From the NCBI GenBank assembly GCA_038207335.1, contig JBBQZX010000005.1, positions 1-64,000 of the forward strand: DNA of 64,000 bases. The letters run 5' to 3'. The notes under the pieces were generated by a model that was not told where the DNA came from, ran no database searches, and was given only the letters and a program-made list of their open reading frames with translations. Positions 10,629 to 20,342 of the stretch are shown here, in pieces (within the stretch, counting starts at the first letter, position 1; every line of letters starts with the position of its first letter). The stretch comes from Chthoniobacterales bacterium. Its GTDB lineage: Bacteria; Verrucomicrobiota; Verrucomicrobiia; Chthoniobacterales; Chthoniobacteraceae. A program made the position numbers and the translations under genes.

Positions 10629-11888
10629 TTACTGCGCGATGGCGAGCGCGGCCAGATGGGCTTCGTCTTTTACGTAAAGAACTCCATCGGCATAGGCGGG
10701 ACTGGCCCAAGTCTTGGCGCAGGCTTGGAAGCGTCCGAGTTCTTCGTATTTCGTGGGGCTGGCTTTTGCCAGGATGAGTTCGCCTTTTGAAGTCAAAGCA
10801 AGGATGCGGTCGTTCACGCCGGTAAGGCTCGAATAGTCGCCGAAGCCGGGTTGCGACCAGATGGGTGTGCCTTTCTCCAAGTCCACGCACACTAAGTCCG
10901 CGCGGTCGCCGGAGCCGAGCGTGTAGAGGTCTTTTCCGACGATAGTCGGCGTGCCGATGACTGTCTTCAGCGAGAGGTTCGTCCAATCCGGCTTGGCGGT
11001 GAACTCGCTGCCGGACTTGGTGATGTGAAACTTGATCGTGCCGATATTTGTGGAAGCTACTGTGACGGTATCGCCTGAGATGACCGGCGTGCAGGCGTGC
11101 CGCTTGGCGCCGGTTTTCAGCGGCTGACGCCAGAGGACTTTGCCCGTGGCCGCTTCCACGCCCATGAGTGCGTCGGCGGTGAAATCCACGACCTGTCGCG
11201 TGCCCGCGAGCGTCGCCACCATGAGCGAGGCATAGGCGCTGTTGTCGTTGCCCGCGCGCCAGAGTTCTTTGCCGGTCCTCTTGTCGTATGCGACGAGCGT
11301 CGCGCCTTTCGGGCTGCCGACGGGGACAAAGACGCGGTCACCGTCGATGATGCCAGAGCCATTGTTGCCGTGGCGTCGCGAGGCGGTTTCCTTCAGCTCG
11401 GGATCGCCGCTTTTGTTGCCTAGAAAGTAAGCGCCGTAGTCGGTCCCGAAGTTGATGTGCCACAGCATTTTCCCATCGGCCATAGCGAGGCAGCGAAACT
11501 CACCGCTGCACGACTGCACATAGACGCGGTCGCCGTCGATGAACGGCGTGCAGCGCGGGCCTTCGCCATAGGCATTCTGAAACTCCACCATCGGCGCGAC
11601 CGGCTGGCTCCAGAGCGTCTTGCCGGTCGCCGCGTCGAGGCAGTGCGCGGTCTCCTGACCGTTCACGCCATCCATGAAGATGAGCTTCCCGCCTGCGACG
11701 ATGGGCGACGATTGTCCCGGCCCGGCGTCGATTTTCCAGAGCACTTTTGGCTCGGGCGGCAGCGTATTGAGCGCGTGCTTTGCATCGGTCACAGTGGCGT
11801 CGCGCTGTGTGCCACGCCATTGCGGCCAGTCGGCGGCGTTTGAGGCTGCGGAGAATGCGAGGAGGGCGAGGCAGACGGGGAGTTTCAT
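10629..11888 (-). CDS. Secreted PQQ-binding-like (BamB-like) beta-propeller protein
   Basis: Signal peptide MKLPVCLALLAFSAASNA followed by ADWPQWRG; repeated 'CLDAATGK.LW' blades; ends WASPAYADGVLYVKD. Start trimmed to ATG 11888. Confidence 0.88.
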   Translation of the reverse strand: MKLPVCLALLAFSAASNAADWPQWRGTQRDATVTDAKHALNTLPPEPKVLWKIDAGPGQSSPIVAGGKLIFMDGVNGQETAHCLDAATGKTLWSQPVAPMVEFQNAYGEGPRCTPFIDGDRVYVQSCSGEFRCLAMADGKMLWHINFGTDYGAYFLGNKSGDPELKETASRRHGNNGSGIIDGDRVFVPVGSPKGATLVAYDKRTGKELWRAGNDNSAYASLMVATLAGTRQVVDFTADALMGVEAATGKVLWRQPLKTGAKRHACTPVISGDTVTVASTNIGTIKFHITKSGSEFTAKPDWTNLSLKTVIGTPTIVGKDLYTLGSGDRADLVCVDLEKGTPIWSQPGFGDYSSLTGVNDRILALTSKGELILAKASPTKYEELGRFQACAKTWASPAYADGVLYVKDEAHLAALAIAQ

Positions 11889-12006
11889 GCGGGCGGTAGT
11901 TGTAAGCGGCCCCACGCGTCGGCGACAAGACGCATGAATTTTCGGCGGCCCCGCGTTGCGTTTTTTCAATGCACGTGATGCGCGTCGCGCGGAGTAAAAG
12001 CCGCAC

Positions 12007-13149
12007 ATGACTGCACTCCCAAAAGCCACGCCGTGCTTTCACGGCGGCAAGTTCTTCGAAGCCATCGGCCCGCGTTTCGATCACCTCGAGCGCGCCCGGG
12101 AAATCATCAATGCCGACGTGCTTGACGCTTGGTTCCAATCGTCGCCGCGGGCGCTTGCGGCGTTGCGGGAAAGTCTGCCGTGGCTGCTGCGCACATCGCC
12201 ACCAACGGGTTGTGAGGGTTTCATCCAGACCGTGGCCGAAGTGCGCGGCGTGCGGCCTGCGAACATCCTTCCCGGCGCGGGTTCCTCGGACCTCATCTTT
12301 CGTGCGCTGCGGCACTGGCTCATACCGGCGTCGTGCGTGCTGCTGCTCGACCCGACCTATGGCGAATATGCGCACGTCCTCGAGCTGGTCATTGGTTGCA
12401 AAGTCACGCGCCTTTCGCTCCGCCGCGAAGATAGCTATGACGTTCCACTCGATCGGCTCGCGGAACAGCTTGCCCGCGGCTACGACCTTGTGGTGCTGGT
12501 GAATCCAAACAGCCCCACTGGCCGCCACGTCTCCCGCCGAGAGCTGGAGAAAGTCCTGAGCCTCGCGCCAGCACGGACGCGCGTGTGGGTCGATGAGACT
12601 TACATCGACTTCGTCGGCGCGAGCGAGTCGCTGGAGCGCTTCGCGGAGCGCAGCGGAAATGTCTTCGTGTGCAAATCCATGTCCAAAGTCTATGCGCTCA
12701 GCGGCGCGCGGGCGGCTTACATTTGCGGGAATGAGGCGCACATCGCGGAACTTCGCGGCATCACGCCGCCGTGGGTCATGAGTCTCGTGGCGCAAGTTGC
12801 CGCGGTTGCTGCGTTGCAGGATGGCGCTTACTATTCTGCGAGGTATCGCGAGACTCATGCGCAGCGGGGTTGGCTGGAGCGAGAGTTAGCCGAGTTGGGC
12901 TGGGACACGATCGCAGGGACGGCAAACTTCATCCTTTCCCATCTGCCGGAGGAAGGCCCACCTGCGGCGGAGATCGTGCGTGCGTGCCAGCAGCGTGGCC
13001 TTTACCTGCGCGATGCCGCGGCGATGGGAGCCGACCTCGGAGACCGCGCGATCCGCATCGCGGTGAAAGACCCGGCGACCAATGCGCGCATGGTCGCCAT
13101 CCTCGGCGAGGTCTGCCACCCTCTCGCTGCGCCGCTGGCCCACGCATGA
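12007..13149 (+). CDS. PLP-dependent class I/II aminotransferase (HisC/CobD-like)
   Basis: HGG near the N-terminus, GAGSSDLI, PTYGEY, VNPNSPTG, VDETYIDF, PLP-lysine motif KSMSKVYALSGARAAY. Confidence 0.88.
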   Translation: MTALPKATPCFHGGKFFEAIGPRFDHLERAREIINADVLDAWFQSSPRALAALRESLPWLLRTSPPTGCEGFIQTVAEVRGVRPANILPGAGSSDLIFRALRHWLIPASCVLLLDPTYGEYAHVLELVIGCKVTRLSLRREDSYDVPLDRLAEQLARGYDLVVLVNPNSPTGRHVSRRELEKVLSLAPARTRVWVDETYIDFVGASESLERFAERSGNVFVCKSMSKVYALSGARAAYICGNEAHIAELRGITPPWVMSLVAQVAAVAALQDGAYYSARYRETHAQRGWLERELAELGWDTIAGTANFILSHLPEEGPPAAEIVRACQQRGLYLRDAAAMGADLGDRAIRIAVKDPATNARMVAILGEVCHPLAAPLAHA

Positions 13150-14021
13150 ATATCCATCACCTCGAGCTTTTCTACTACGTCGCGCGGCATGGGGGGATCA
13201 GCGAGGCCGTGCGGCATTTTCCGTATGGCATCCAGCAGCCGGCGGTCAGCTCGCAGATCATCGCGCTCGAGGAATCGCTCGGCACGAAGCTCTTCCAGCG
13301 CAGGCCTTTCGAACTCACCGCGGCGGGCGCGAAGCTCTTCGCATTCGTCGAGCCGTTCTTTGGCGGTGTGGAGGAAATGGGGCGCGCCATTCGCGTCGGA
13401 GCCACGCCGCATCTGCGCGTCGGCGCATCGACTGCCGTGCTCCGCGATCATCTGCCGGCCGTCTTTCGCGAGCTGCGGGAGCGGATGCCCGGGGTGCGGA
13501 TCACGCTGCACGAGGGGCTCGAGCCGGGGCTGCTTTCCGAGCTGGAGAAAAAGGAAATCGACCTCGCGATCACCTCCATCGACGGCAAGCCGGATGCCGG
13601 CTTTTCGGCACAGGAACTCCTCCGCCTCCCGCCCGTCCTGCTCGTCCCCACCGCGAGCCCGCTGCGCTCGGCCGACGCCCTTTGGCAACGGGACAAAATC
13701 GAAGACCCGCTGATCGCGCCGCCGCCGGGCGAAGCGCTGGCGCGCATCTTCCAGCGCGGCCTCGCCACGCGCCAGATCGACTGGCTCACCGGCATCCGCG
13801 TGAACTCGCTGGAGCTCATCGAGACCTACGTCGCGAACGGCTTCGGCATCGGCCTTTCCGTCGCGATCCCCAGCGTCCGCCGGATGAAAGGCGTACGCCA
13901 ACTGCCGCTGGAAGGCTTCGCGCCCATCTCGCTGTGCGCCATCTGGCGGGGGAAAATCACGCCGTCGCTGAGCCTGCTCGTCGAGTGCCTGAGGAGTCGC
14001 GCCGCGCAAGTCGCGGGGTGA
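13146..14021 (+). CDS. LysR family transcriptional regulator
   Basis: Start trimmed to ATG 13146 (ATGA overlap). HTH MNIHHLELFYYVARHGGISEAVRHFPYGIQQPAVSSQIIALEESLGTKLFQR, then a LysR substrate-binding domain. Confidence 0.93.
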   Translation: MNIHHLELFYYVARHGGISEAVRHFPYGIQQPAVSSQIIALEESLGTKLFQRRPFELTAAGAKLFAFVEPFFGGVEEMGRAIRVGATPHLRVGASTAVLRDHLPAVFRELRERMPGVRITLHEGLEPGLLSELEKKEIDLAITSIDGKPDAGFSAQELLRLPPVLLVPTASPLRSADALWQRDKIEDPLIAPPPGEALARIFQRGLATRQIDWLTGIRVNSLELIETYVANGFGIGLSVAIPSVRRMKGVRQLPLEGFAPISLCAIWRGKITPSLSLLVECLRSRAAQVAG

Positions 14022-14056
14022 GGTTTGGATGGTGGTGGTTTGAAAATCACGCGCTT

Positions 14057-14080
14057 CCGGGATCATCGATCCCGGCTTAG
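14057..14080. repeat. REP-like palindrome
   Basis: CCGGGATC-ATC-GATCCCGG followed by CTTAG; same core as the palindrome at 26507-26537. Confidence 0.45.
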
Positions 14081-14304
14081 CGGGGCGCGCTCGCGGTGGG
14101 TCGGGCAACGGGTGCGGCGTTGACTTATCAATGGAAGGCTACGGCTCGAGGCTGAGGCGAATGCTCTCGATTACCTCTCAAAGTCTTGCGTGCCTTTAAA
14201 ACGATCTGCCTATGACTCACGCGTTTTAACCTTGGAATCAACGGGTCTCTAATTGTCCTCCGCTTCTCAATGAAGGCATTTCCAAGATGGGCGAGGGTGG
14301 CCGA

Positions 14305-15984
14305 TCAGGCGATGGACTTCTCTTCGGCGGGGGGCTCGGGGAGGAGGAAGCTGAGGGCGAAGGCGATGACGAAGACGCTGACGCCGACGATGCCGGCGGC
14401 CATGGCGTAGTGGTCGAAGGTGGGGTGCGGGTTGAGCATCGGGGCGATGATGTTCGTGGAAAGGAATGCCGCGGAGGTGCCGATCATGCGGCCGCCGACG
14501 TTGGTGGCGAAGCTGCCGCCGGTGCCGCGGAGATGGACGGGGAAGATCTTCGGCAGGTACTCGCCGAAGTAGGAGAATTGCGCGACGACGAAGAGGCCGC
14601 AGAGGAAGACGCCCGCGGCAAATGCGGTGCCGCCCATGTGGTAGAACTGGGTGTAGGTGATCGCGAAGATGATGGCGCCGGGGACGAGGAAGAGCCGGAG
14701 CATGGTGCCGCGGGCGATGGCGGTGAGGAGGAGGACGGCGAGGATGATGCGGCCGAGCAGTCCGCCGAGTTCCTGGCCGAACTGGACCTGGCCGCCGCGG
14801 GCGCTGATGGCGTCGGATGCGGGGAGTTGCTTTTCGCGGTTGTCGCCGAGGGCTTTGAGGAGTTTCTCGCGGTCGATGACGGTCTTTTTGATGTCGGGCT
14901 TTTGGGCGGTGAGTGTGGCGAGTTCCGCGTCGTAGCCGGCGAATTGTTTTCCGAGAACGGCGAGTTTTTCTGTGTTGCCGGCGGTCTTCGCGGCGCGCTG
15001 GGCGATGCGGGTCTTGGCGCGTTCGCTGGTGACGAGCTCGAGGCCGGGGACGTCGGCGAGGGCTTGCTTGAAGGCGGGCATGACGGCGTCGAGCTGTTTG
15101 TTGAGGGCAGTGGCTTCGTCGCGGAGGGGCTTGAGCTGCGCGCGCGGCTCGGCGAGTTCCGGCAGGCCGGGGACGACGCTGCGGGTGGTGATCTGGAGCG
15201 CGCCAAATGCCGCAGCGTAAGCGCACGCCGAGAGGGCGGCGGTGACAAGGGTGGCGCGGCGCAGGTCGGGGGCAAAGAGGGCTCCGAAACTCGGGCGCTT
15301 CAAGGTGCCCGCGCGGCGTCCCGCTTTCCACACCTCGGACTCGGGGACAAAGGGAAGCATGAGCGCGATGGGGATCGCGGGGAGCAGGCCCGTGATGAGC
15401 AGGTAGCGCCACGGCGCGTGTTGATTGAAGGCGGCGGAGATCGGCAGGCCGGGAAGGTCGCCTGCATGGGTGCCGATCCAAAGGCTGATCGCGGTGACGA
15501 CGATGCCGCCGAGTGAGGCAAATGCTTGGGTGCTGCCGAGGACGAGCTTCTTGCGCTTGGCGTCGGGGAAGAGTTCCGCGAGCCAGGTGATCGCCGCGAT
15601 AAACTCGACGCAGACGCCGATGAAGGTGGTGCAGCGGAAGAAGATGAACGAGCCCAACGTGGTGCTGAACGCCGCCGCGAACGGCGAGAAGGCGTACAGG
15701 AAGATGCTCGCCGCGAGGATGGCCTTGCGCCCGAAGCGGTCGATGAGCCAGCCGCCCAGCAAGCCAAAGGTGCCGCCGCAGAGGGCGGTCATCCAGAGGA
15801 GGCGCCCCATCCAGGCGGTCACGTCGGGGTGGTTCGGCGGGAGCTTGGTGAGTTCCGCAATCGCCGGCACGCCGACGAGGGGAGTCATCAGCAGCTCATA
15901 GGTATCGAAGAGAAACCCAATCGCCGCGATGGCGATGATGAGCCAGTGGGTAACAGTCAGGCGGGATGAGGGCGCGGTGTTCAT
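14305..15984 (-). CDS. MFS transporter with a long helical insertion
   Basis: IGFLFDTYELL, MFS motif A GWLIDRFGRK, many TM segments, EYLPKIFPVHLRGTG; hydrophilic insert of ~120 aa in the C-terminal half. Confidence 0.9.
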   Translation of the reverse strand: MNTAPSSRLTVTHWLIIAIAAIGFLFDTYELLMTPLVGVPAIAELTKLPPNHPDVTAWMGRLLWMTALCGGTFGLLGGWLIDRFGRKAILAASIFLYAFSPFAAAFSTTLGSFIFFRCTTFIGVCVEFIAAITWLAELFPDAKRKKLVLGSTQAFASLGGIVVTAISLWIGTHAGDLPGLPISAAFNQHAPWRYLLITGLLPAIPIALMLPFVPESEVWKAGRRAGTLKRPSFGALFAPDLRRATLVTAALSACAYAAAFGALQITTRSVVPGLPELAEPRAQLKPLRDEATALNKQLDAVMPAFKQALADVPGLELVTSERAKTRIAQRAAKTAGNTEKLAVLGKQFAGYDAELATLTAQKPDIKKTVIDREKLLKALGDNREKQLPASDAISARGGQVQFGQELGGLLGRIILAVLLLTAIARGTMLRLFLVPGAIIFAITYTQFYHMGGTAFAAGVFLCGLFVVAQFSYFGEYLPKIFPVHLRGTGGSFATNVGGRMIGTSAAFLSTNIIAPMLNPHPTFDHYAMAAGIVGVSVFVIAFALSFLLPEPPAEEKSIA

Positions 15985-16074
15985 TGGGTGGAAAAGGCGG
16001 ATCTTTCGAGTGCGTGCTGCATCGCTGGCGGAAGGTCACCGCCTGCGAAACCCGCTGCGCGCTTCGAGTCGGAG

Positions 16075-17769
16075 TTACTTCTTACTCTTTGCCTTCGGCT
16101 TGGACGCAGGCTTCACGGGAGCTTTCGCGGCGGGCTCAGGAGTATGCTCGGTGACGGTGGTCTTTGTCTCGCCGACGGTGACTTTCAACGCAGCGGGTGC
16201 GGGTTTTGCAGTGTCGTCCGACTTGGTGTCGCCGGCGATGGCGTAGAGATGAGTCTGCGTGCCGACAAACAGCGTGCCATTCGCAATGATCGGCGTGCTA
16301 TAGACTGGAGCGCCCATGTTGACCTCGTGCAGGACTTTTTTCTCCTTCGAGTCCGCGAGAGCCACGAAGTCGCCGTCTTCATCGCCGCAGAAGACTTTGC
16401 CGTCTGCGACCATCGTGGAGCCCCACATGTGCGCCTGCATGTCGTGCGTCCAGTAGAGCTTGCCGGTCTCGGCGTCGAGGCAATGGACGAAGCCGCTGAA
16501 GTCGCCGACGAAGAGCAAGCCTGTCTCGGGATCGATGGATACCGTCGAGATACTGCGGTGGATTCCTTTGTAGTCCCAGATGAGTCCGGTCTTGGTGATG
16601 TCGCCCGTCTTGGTCGCATCGACGCACACCAGACGACCGACACCTTCGCCGTGTTCCGGGTCCTGCCCGATCGCGACATAGACGCGATCTTTGTAGAAGA
16701 CCGGCGTTGCGTTGATCTCGCTCGGGCCCTCCGCGGCGGGATACTTGATCACCTTGCCGTCCTTGTCGTGCTTATATTCTTCCGGCACGGCGTCGAACCA
16801 CCAGACCTTCTTGATGAAGCTGGAGTCGCCATCCTTCACTGGCGTCGGATCGAAGGCGTAGAGAATGCCGTCGCCGCCACCGAAATAGACCTGATCCTTG
16901 CCATTCACTTTGCCTACGGAAGGTGAAGTCCACTGGCCGTGCTTGATGTTCTCGCCGATCTTCGCGTCATCCTCTGCGAGGAACTCACCGGAACTTTTAT
17001 CGAGTGCGATGAAGCTAGGGGAAAGGGGCGAAGGGATATTGACGTGCGTCCAATCCTGTCCGTTGGAGGTGCAGGTGAGAAGCGTGTTGCCGAGCGTGAT
17101 GACGGAGCAGTTCGAGGCGTTGTGCGGAAAGACCCCCAGCTCGTCCATCATGTCATATTTCCAAAGGATGTCGGCGTCCTTTTCGGTGACCTCGACCTTC
17201 GGCTTTCCGGGGCCGGCCATGTATTGGCCTTCATCTGCGAAACCTTGATTGCCATTGGCTTGAGCGTTGGCGTCGAGACAGACCACTTCGCAGCGGCTGG
17301 TGACGAGATAGACCTTGTCACCCTCGACGTCGGGTGAACTCAGCAAGCCGAGATACTCCCAGTCGTTCACCTTCCCGCTCGCGAGCTTCGGGACGACGAA
17401 CTGCCACAGGTATTCGCCCGTGTATTCGTTGAGAACCAGCAGGATCGACTTGTCATCCGTGAAGCGCGGGTCGCGCGGGCTGGCATTGTTAGTGCCGACG
17501 TAGATTTTGCCGTTCGCGACCACGGGGTTGCCATAGGTCTGCGAGCCGAGCTTTGCGATCCACTTGACGTTCTTGGTCGTCGTCAGGTCGATCTCCTCGG
17601 AGTTCGGCTTGAACTTGCCGGGATCGAAGTCGAGCGGGATGCCTTTCGCCGTCGAATACATGTTTCGGCCCGGGTCGTTGCCGCCCCAGCGAGGCCAGTC
17701 TTCGGCAAAGGCGGTGAGTGTGAGGGCGGCGATGCTGCCCGTGAGTGCGAGTGTGCGGGAGAGGTTCAT
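16075..17769 (-). CDS. Secreted PQQ-binding-like beta-propeller protein
   Basis: Signal peptide then EDWPRWGG, NVKWIAKLGSQTYGNPVVANGKIYVGTNN, HCLDAETGKLYW, YSTPIIANGTLFV; Lys/Pro/Ala-rich tail. Confidence 0.88.
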   Translation of the reverse strand: MNLSRTLALTGSIAALTLTAFAEDWPRWGGNDPGRNMYSTAKGIPLDFDPGKFKPNSEEIDLTTTKNVKWIAKLGSQTYGNPVVANGKIYVGTNNASPRDPRFTDDKSILLVLNEYTGEYLWQFVVPKLASGKVNDWEYLGLLSSPDVEGDKVYLVTSRCEVVCLDANAQANGNQGFADEGQYMAGPGKPKVEVTEKDADILWKYDMMDELGVFPHNASNCSVITLGNTLLTCTSNGQDWTHVNIPSPLSPSFIALDKSSGEFLAEDDAKIGENIKHGQWTSPSVGKVNGKDQVYFGGGDGILYAFDPTPVKDGDSSFIKKVWWFDAVPEEYKHDKDGKVIKYPAAEGPSEINATPVFYKDRVYVAIGQDPEHGEGVGRLVCVDATKTGDITKTGLIWDYKGIHRSISTVSIDPETGLLFVGDFSGFVHCLDAETGKLYWTHDMQAHMWGSTMVADGKVFCGDEDGDFVALADSKEKKVLHEVNMGAPVYSTPIIANGTLFVGTQTHLYAIAGDTKSDDTAKPAPAALKVTVGETKTTVTEHTPEPAAKAPVKPASKPKAKSKK

Positions 17770-17773
17770 GAAG

Positions 17774-20194
17774 TTACTTGTTTGGGGTCACGGAAATGTT
17801 GTCGATCCAGGCGCGTTGTTCCTGCGGCGTGAAGCTGAAGAGTCCGGGCGAACCCTCGGTGTGCGCATGTTTGTGCGGGACTTCGATGGTCCAAGCTTCC
17901 GGCTCTGGCTCGCCTTTTTTCCAGGCTTTTGCGCGGACGACTCCGCTTCCGTCGGCAGCGACATCGACACGAGCTTTGAGATGAATCCACTCATTGGGCG
18001 ACCACTTGAAAGGCACGCTTTGCTTGAACAGCTCCTGATTCGAGCTGACTTCGAGTTGCTGCGCGTTGCCTTTGAGGTCGATGAGGTATCGCTGATTGAT
18101 GATGCCCACCTCGGACATCTTGCGCTTGTTACCTTCGCTCATTACGTCGGCTTCGATCGTGTAGTTGCTGAGGTCGGAGCGGTTGATGAAGACCGAGCCG
18201 CGTTGAAGCCGCTTGTTGTCGATCGTCTTGCAGAGCGCCTTGTTGCCGTCTTTTTCGCGAACCTCGAACTTGAAGCGTGCGGCATTCCACGGGAGCGGAG
18301 GGTAGGCAAAAGGCGTGGGCGGCTCCATCGTGTTGGGAACGCCCGGTGGTGGCGGCTTGGAGGTGTCTTCGGTCAGTTCGTACTTTTCAAAGTCTTGCAC
18401 GAGCGGTGGTTCCGGCAGGACGCGCGCCTTGAAGTAACCTTTGAGATCACCCAGCACGCCTTGGAACTGTCCAGCGGAAGGAGCGTTTTCCGGGAAGGTC
18501 ACGAGCTTTCCATCGGCGTTGAAAGCACCTTTGACTTGCGCTTTGACCAAAGCAGTCGGTGGGACGAAGGGTGTCCACGTCACGGTCTTTGGATCGATGT
18601 TGTCCTCGACGGTGAAGCCATTGGCATCCAGTGCGCGGACTCGGAAGGACTCGGTCGCGCCGGGCGCCAGAAGCAATTCGTAGGGAATGACTTGCAGATG
18701 GGTCTTAGGGCCGGGAGTCACTGGCTTTACCTCGGGCGCCACAGGCGCGGTCGGCCCCGGCTTTGTGCCAGCCTTGCCAAAGCAATAGAGCTTCTTCTCG
18801 GTCTGCATGTAGAGCTTGCCATTGTAGCCGATGGGTGAGCCGTAACATTTGCCGTCGAGCACGGTGCGGCTCAGGATTTCCACGTCCTTGTCGTTTGGCT
18901 TGAGTACGAAGAGTTCGCCGTCGCCGACGGTACCCGCGCCTTCCGCCTGACCGGCGGCGCCTGCGAGATACATGGCGATGTAGAGCTTTCCATCGGCATA
19001 GAAAGGCGTGCTCTGGCGCTGCTCAATGCCGAGGCGCTTTTTCCACAAGACCTTTCCGTCGTCGGCGTTCATCGCGGCGAGTTCGCCGGTGCCGGTAACT
19101 TCGTAGATGCGGTCGCCGACGAGCACGGGCGAGCTGGCGAGTGAGCCGACAGGGTTGCGCCATTGCTCGAGTGCGGCGGTTTCAAAGACCTGCGGTGCGA
19201 AGGTACTCGGCGGTTTGGCGTCGTTGGGGATTTTAAAAGCAGCGGTGCGGCCGACGTCGCTGGTGTCGATATTCTCGCTCTCGTGGATGACGATGATGTT
19301 TCCTTTGTGCTCCAGTACGGCGGCGTTTATGCCGCCCTTTGCTCCTGCTTTTGCGACCGGTACGCGCCACAGCGGCTCGCCGGTGCGGGCGTTGATACCC
19401 AGTACGCTGCTGTCGCCGGCAGCGGAGTAAAGCACGCGCTTTCCATCGTGAAAGCTGAGCCACGGGTGCGAGAAAGTGTTGTCCTGCGGCAGCGCGCCGG
19501 GAGCGCTCGACCAGACGAGCTCGCCGGTCTTTTTGTCGAAGGCGTAGAAGCGGTCTCCGGGCGGGCCGAATGCGCCCCACGCCGCGGTGATGCCGCGCGT
19601 GATGACGAGGTCGCTGTCGATTAGCGGCGAGGCGGTGCGGTTGTTCGGGAACGTCATGCGCCCGAATTCCTCCATCATCGAGTGCTTCCAGAGCGGCTTG
19701 CCGTCGGCGGTGAAGGCCGCGAAAATTCCCGAGCTGTTTTGGATGTAAACGTTGCCGGTTTCAGGGTCGATCGTCGGCGAAGAATTTGCGTAGCGGAGAT
19801 AGACGACGTCGCTGAGGAAGTCGTTGAAGAGCTGCTTCCACAGGAGCTTGCCGGTGTCGGCGTCGAAGCAGGCGACGCCTTCCTGGAGGTCGGGGCCTTC
19901 GCCTTGAAAGCCCATGATGTAGAGCTTTCCGTCCGCGATGACCGGAGCGGATTGGCCGGGAAAATCCGCGGTCCAGAGCGCGTGTTTTGCGTCAATCTTT
20001 TCGGGCAGGCCTTTCTCGGTGGACACGCTCGTCTGGAATGGCCCGCGCCAGTCGAACCAGCCGTGTTTGCCGGCATCGGCGGCTGCTGTGGCCGCAGGTT
20101 CTTTTGCGGGAGTGGTTGCTTTTTTCGCGGCGTGCAGCGGAGTTGCGGCGAGGGTGAGAATGACGGCGGCCGAGGAGACGATGCGTGTGTTCAT
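17774..20194 (-). CDS. Secreted PQQ-binding-like beta-propeller protein with an extra C-terminal beta-sandwich (lectin-like) region
   Basis: Start trimmed to ATG 20194 (MNTRIVSSAAVILTLAATPLHA). WFDWRGP, CFDADTGKLLW, AFDKKTGELVW; C-terminus NYTIEADV...RAKAWKKGEPEPEAWTIE...WIDNISVTPNK. Confidence 0.85.
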   Translation of the reverse strand: MNTRIVSSAAVILTLAATPLHAAKKATTPAKEPAATAAADAGKHGWFDWRGPFQTSVSTEKGLPEKIDAKHALWTADFPGQSAPVIADGKLYIMGFQGEGPDLQEGVACFDADTGKLLWKQLFNDFLSDVVYLRYANSSPTIDPETGNVYIQNSSGIFAAFTADGKPLWKHSMMEEFGRMTFPNNRTASPLIDSDLVITRGITAAWGAFGPPGDRFYAFDKKTGELVWSSAPGALPQDNTFSHPWLSFHDGKRVLYSAAGDSSVLGINARTGEPLWRVPVAKAGAKGGINAAVLEHKGNIIVIHESENIDTSDVGRTAAFKIPNDAKPPSTFAPQVFETAALEQWRNPVGSLASSPVLVGDRIYEVTGTGELAAMNADDGKVLWKKRLGIEQRQSTPFYADGKLYIAMYLAGAAGQAEGAGTVGDGELFVLKPNDKDVEILSRTVLDGKCYGSPIGYNGKLYMQTEKKLYCFGKAGTKPGPTAPVAPEVKPVTPGPKTHLQVIPYELLLAPGATESFRVRALDANGFTVEDNIDPKTVTWTPFVPPTALVKAQVKGAFNADGKLVTFPENAPSAGQFQGVLGDLKGYFKARVLPEPPLVQDFEKYELTEDTSKPPPPGVPNTMEPPTPFAYPPLPWNAARFKFEVREKDGNKALCKTIDNKRLQRGSVFINRSDLSNYTIEADVMSEGNKRKMSEVGIINQRYLIDLKGNAQQLEVSSNQELFKQSVPFKWSPNEWIHLKARVDVAADGSGVVRAKAWKKGEPEPEAWTIEVPHKHAHTEGSPGLFSFTPQEQRAWIDNISVTPNK

Positions 20195-20299
20195 GGCGAT
20201 GGGATCAAGGGAGGGTGCGCCGCCGGGAGGGCGGGCGTGGAGTCGCGGGATGTGGGGCGACCGGCATGGGAGGGAATGGATAAAGCGCGGCACGCGGGC

Positions 20300-20332
20300 C
20301 TTGTCAAAACATTACTTACACGTATTAAATTG
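20300..20332. promoter_or_regulatory. AT-rich divergent promoter region, candidate MarR operator
   Basis: TTGTCAAAACATTACTTACACGTATTAAATT: TTGACA on the minus strand (20302-20307) and an imperfect palindrome TTACTT-AC-ACGTAT, lying between the divergent marR-like and propeller genes. Confidence 0.4.
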
Positions 20333-20342
20333 CTGCCAACTC

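Noticed and set aside
10629..11888. True bamB or PQQ dehydrogenase assignment for the propeller proteins
   Set aside because: No lipobox or bam context, and no dehydrogenase-specific motifs recognised; left as PQQ-like repeats.
14100..14290. Lower-GC intergenic stretch as a possible sRNA or small gene
   Set aside because: Only very short ATG-initiated ORFs, no convincing promoter/terminator pair, no recognisable RNA family.
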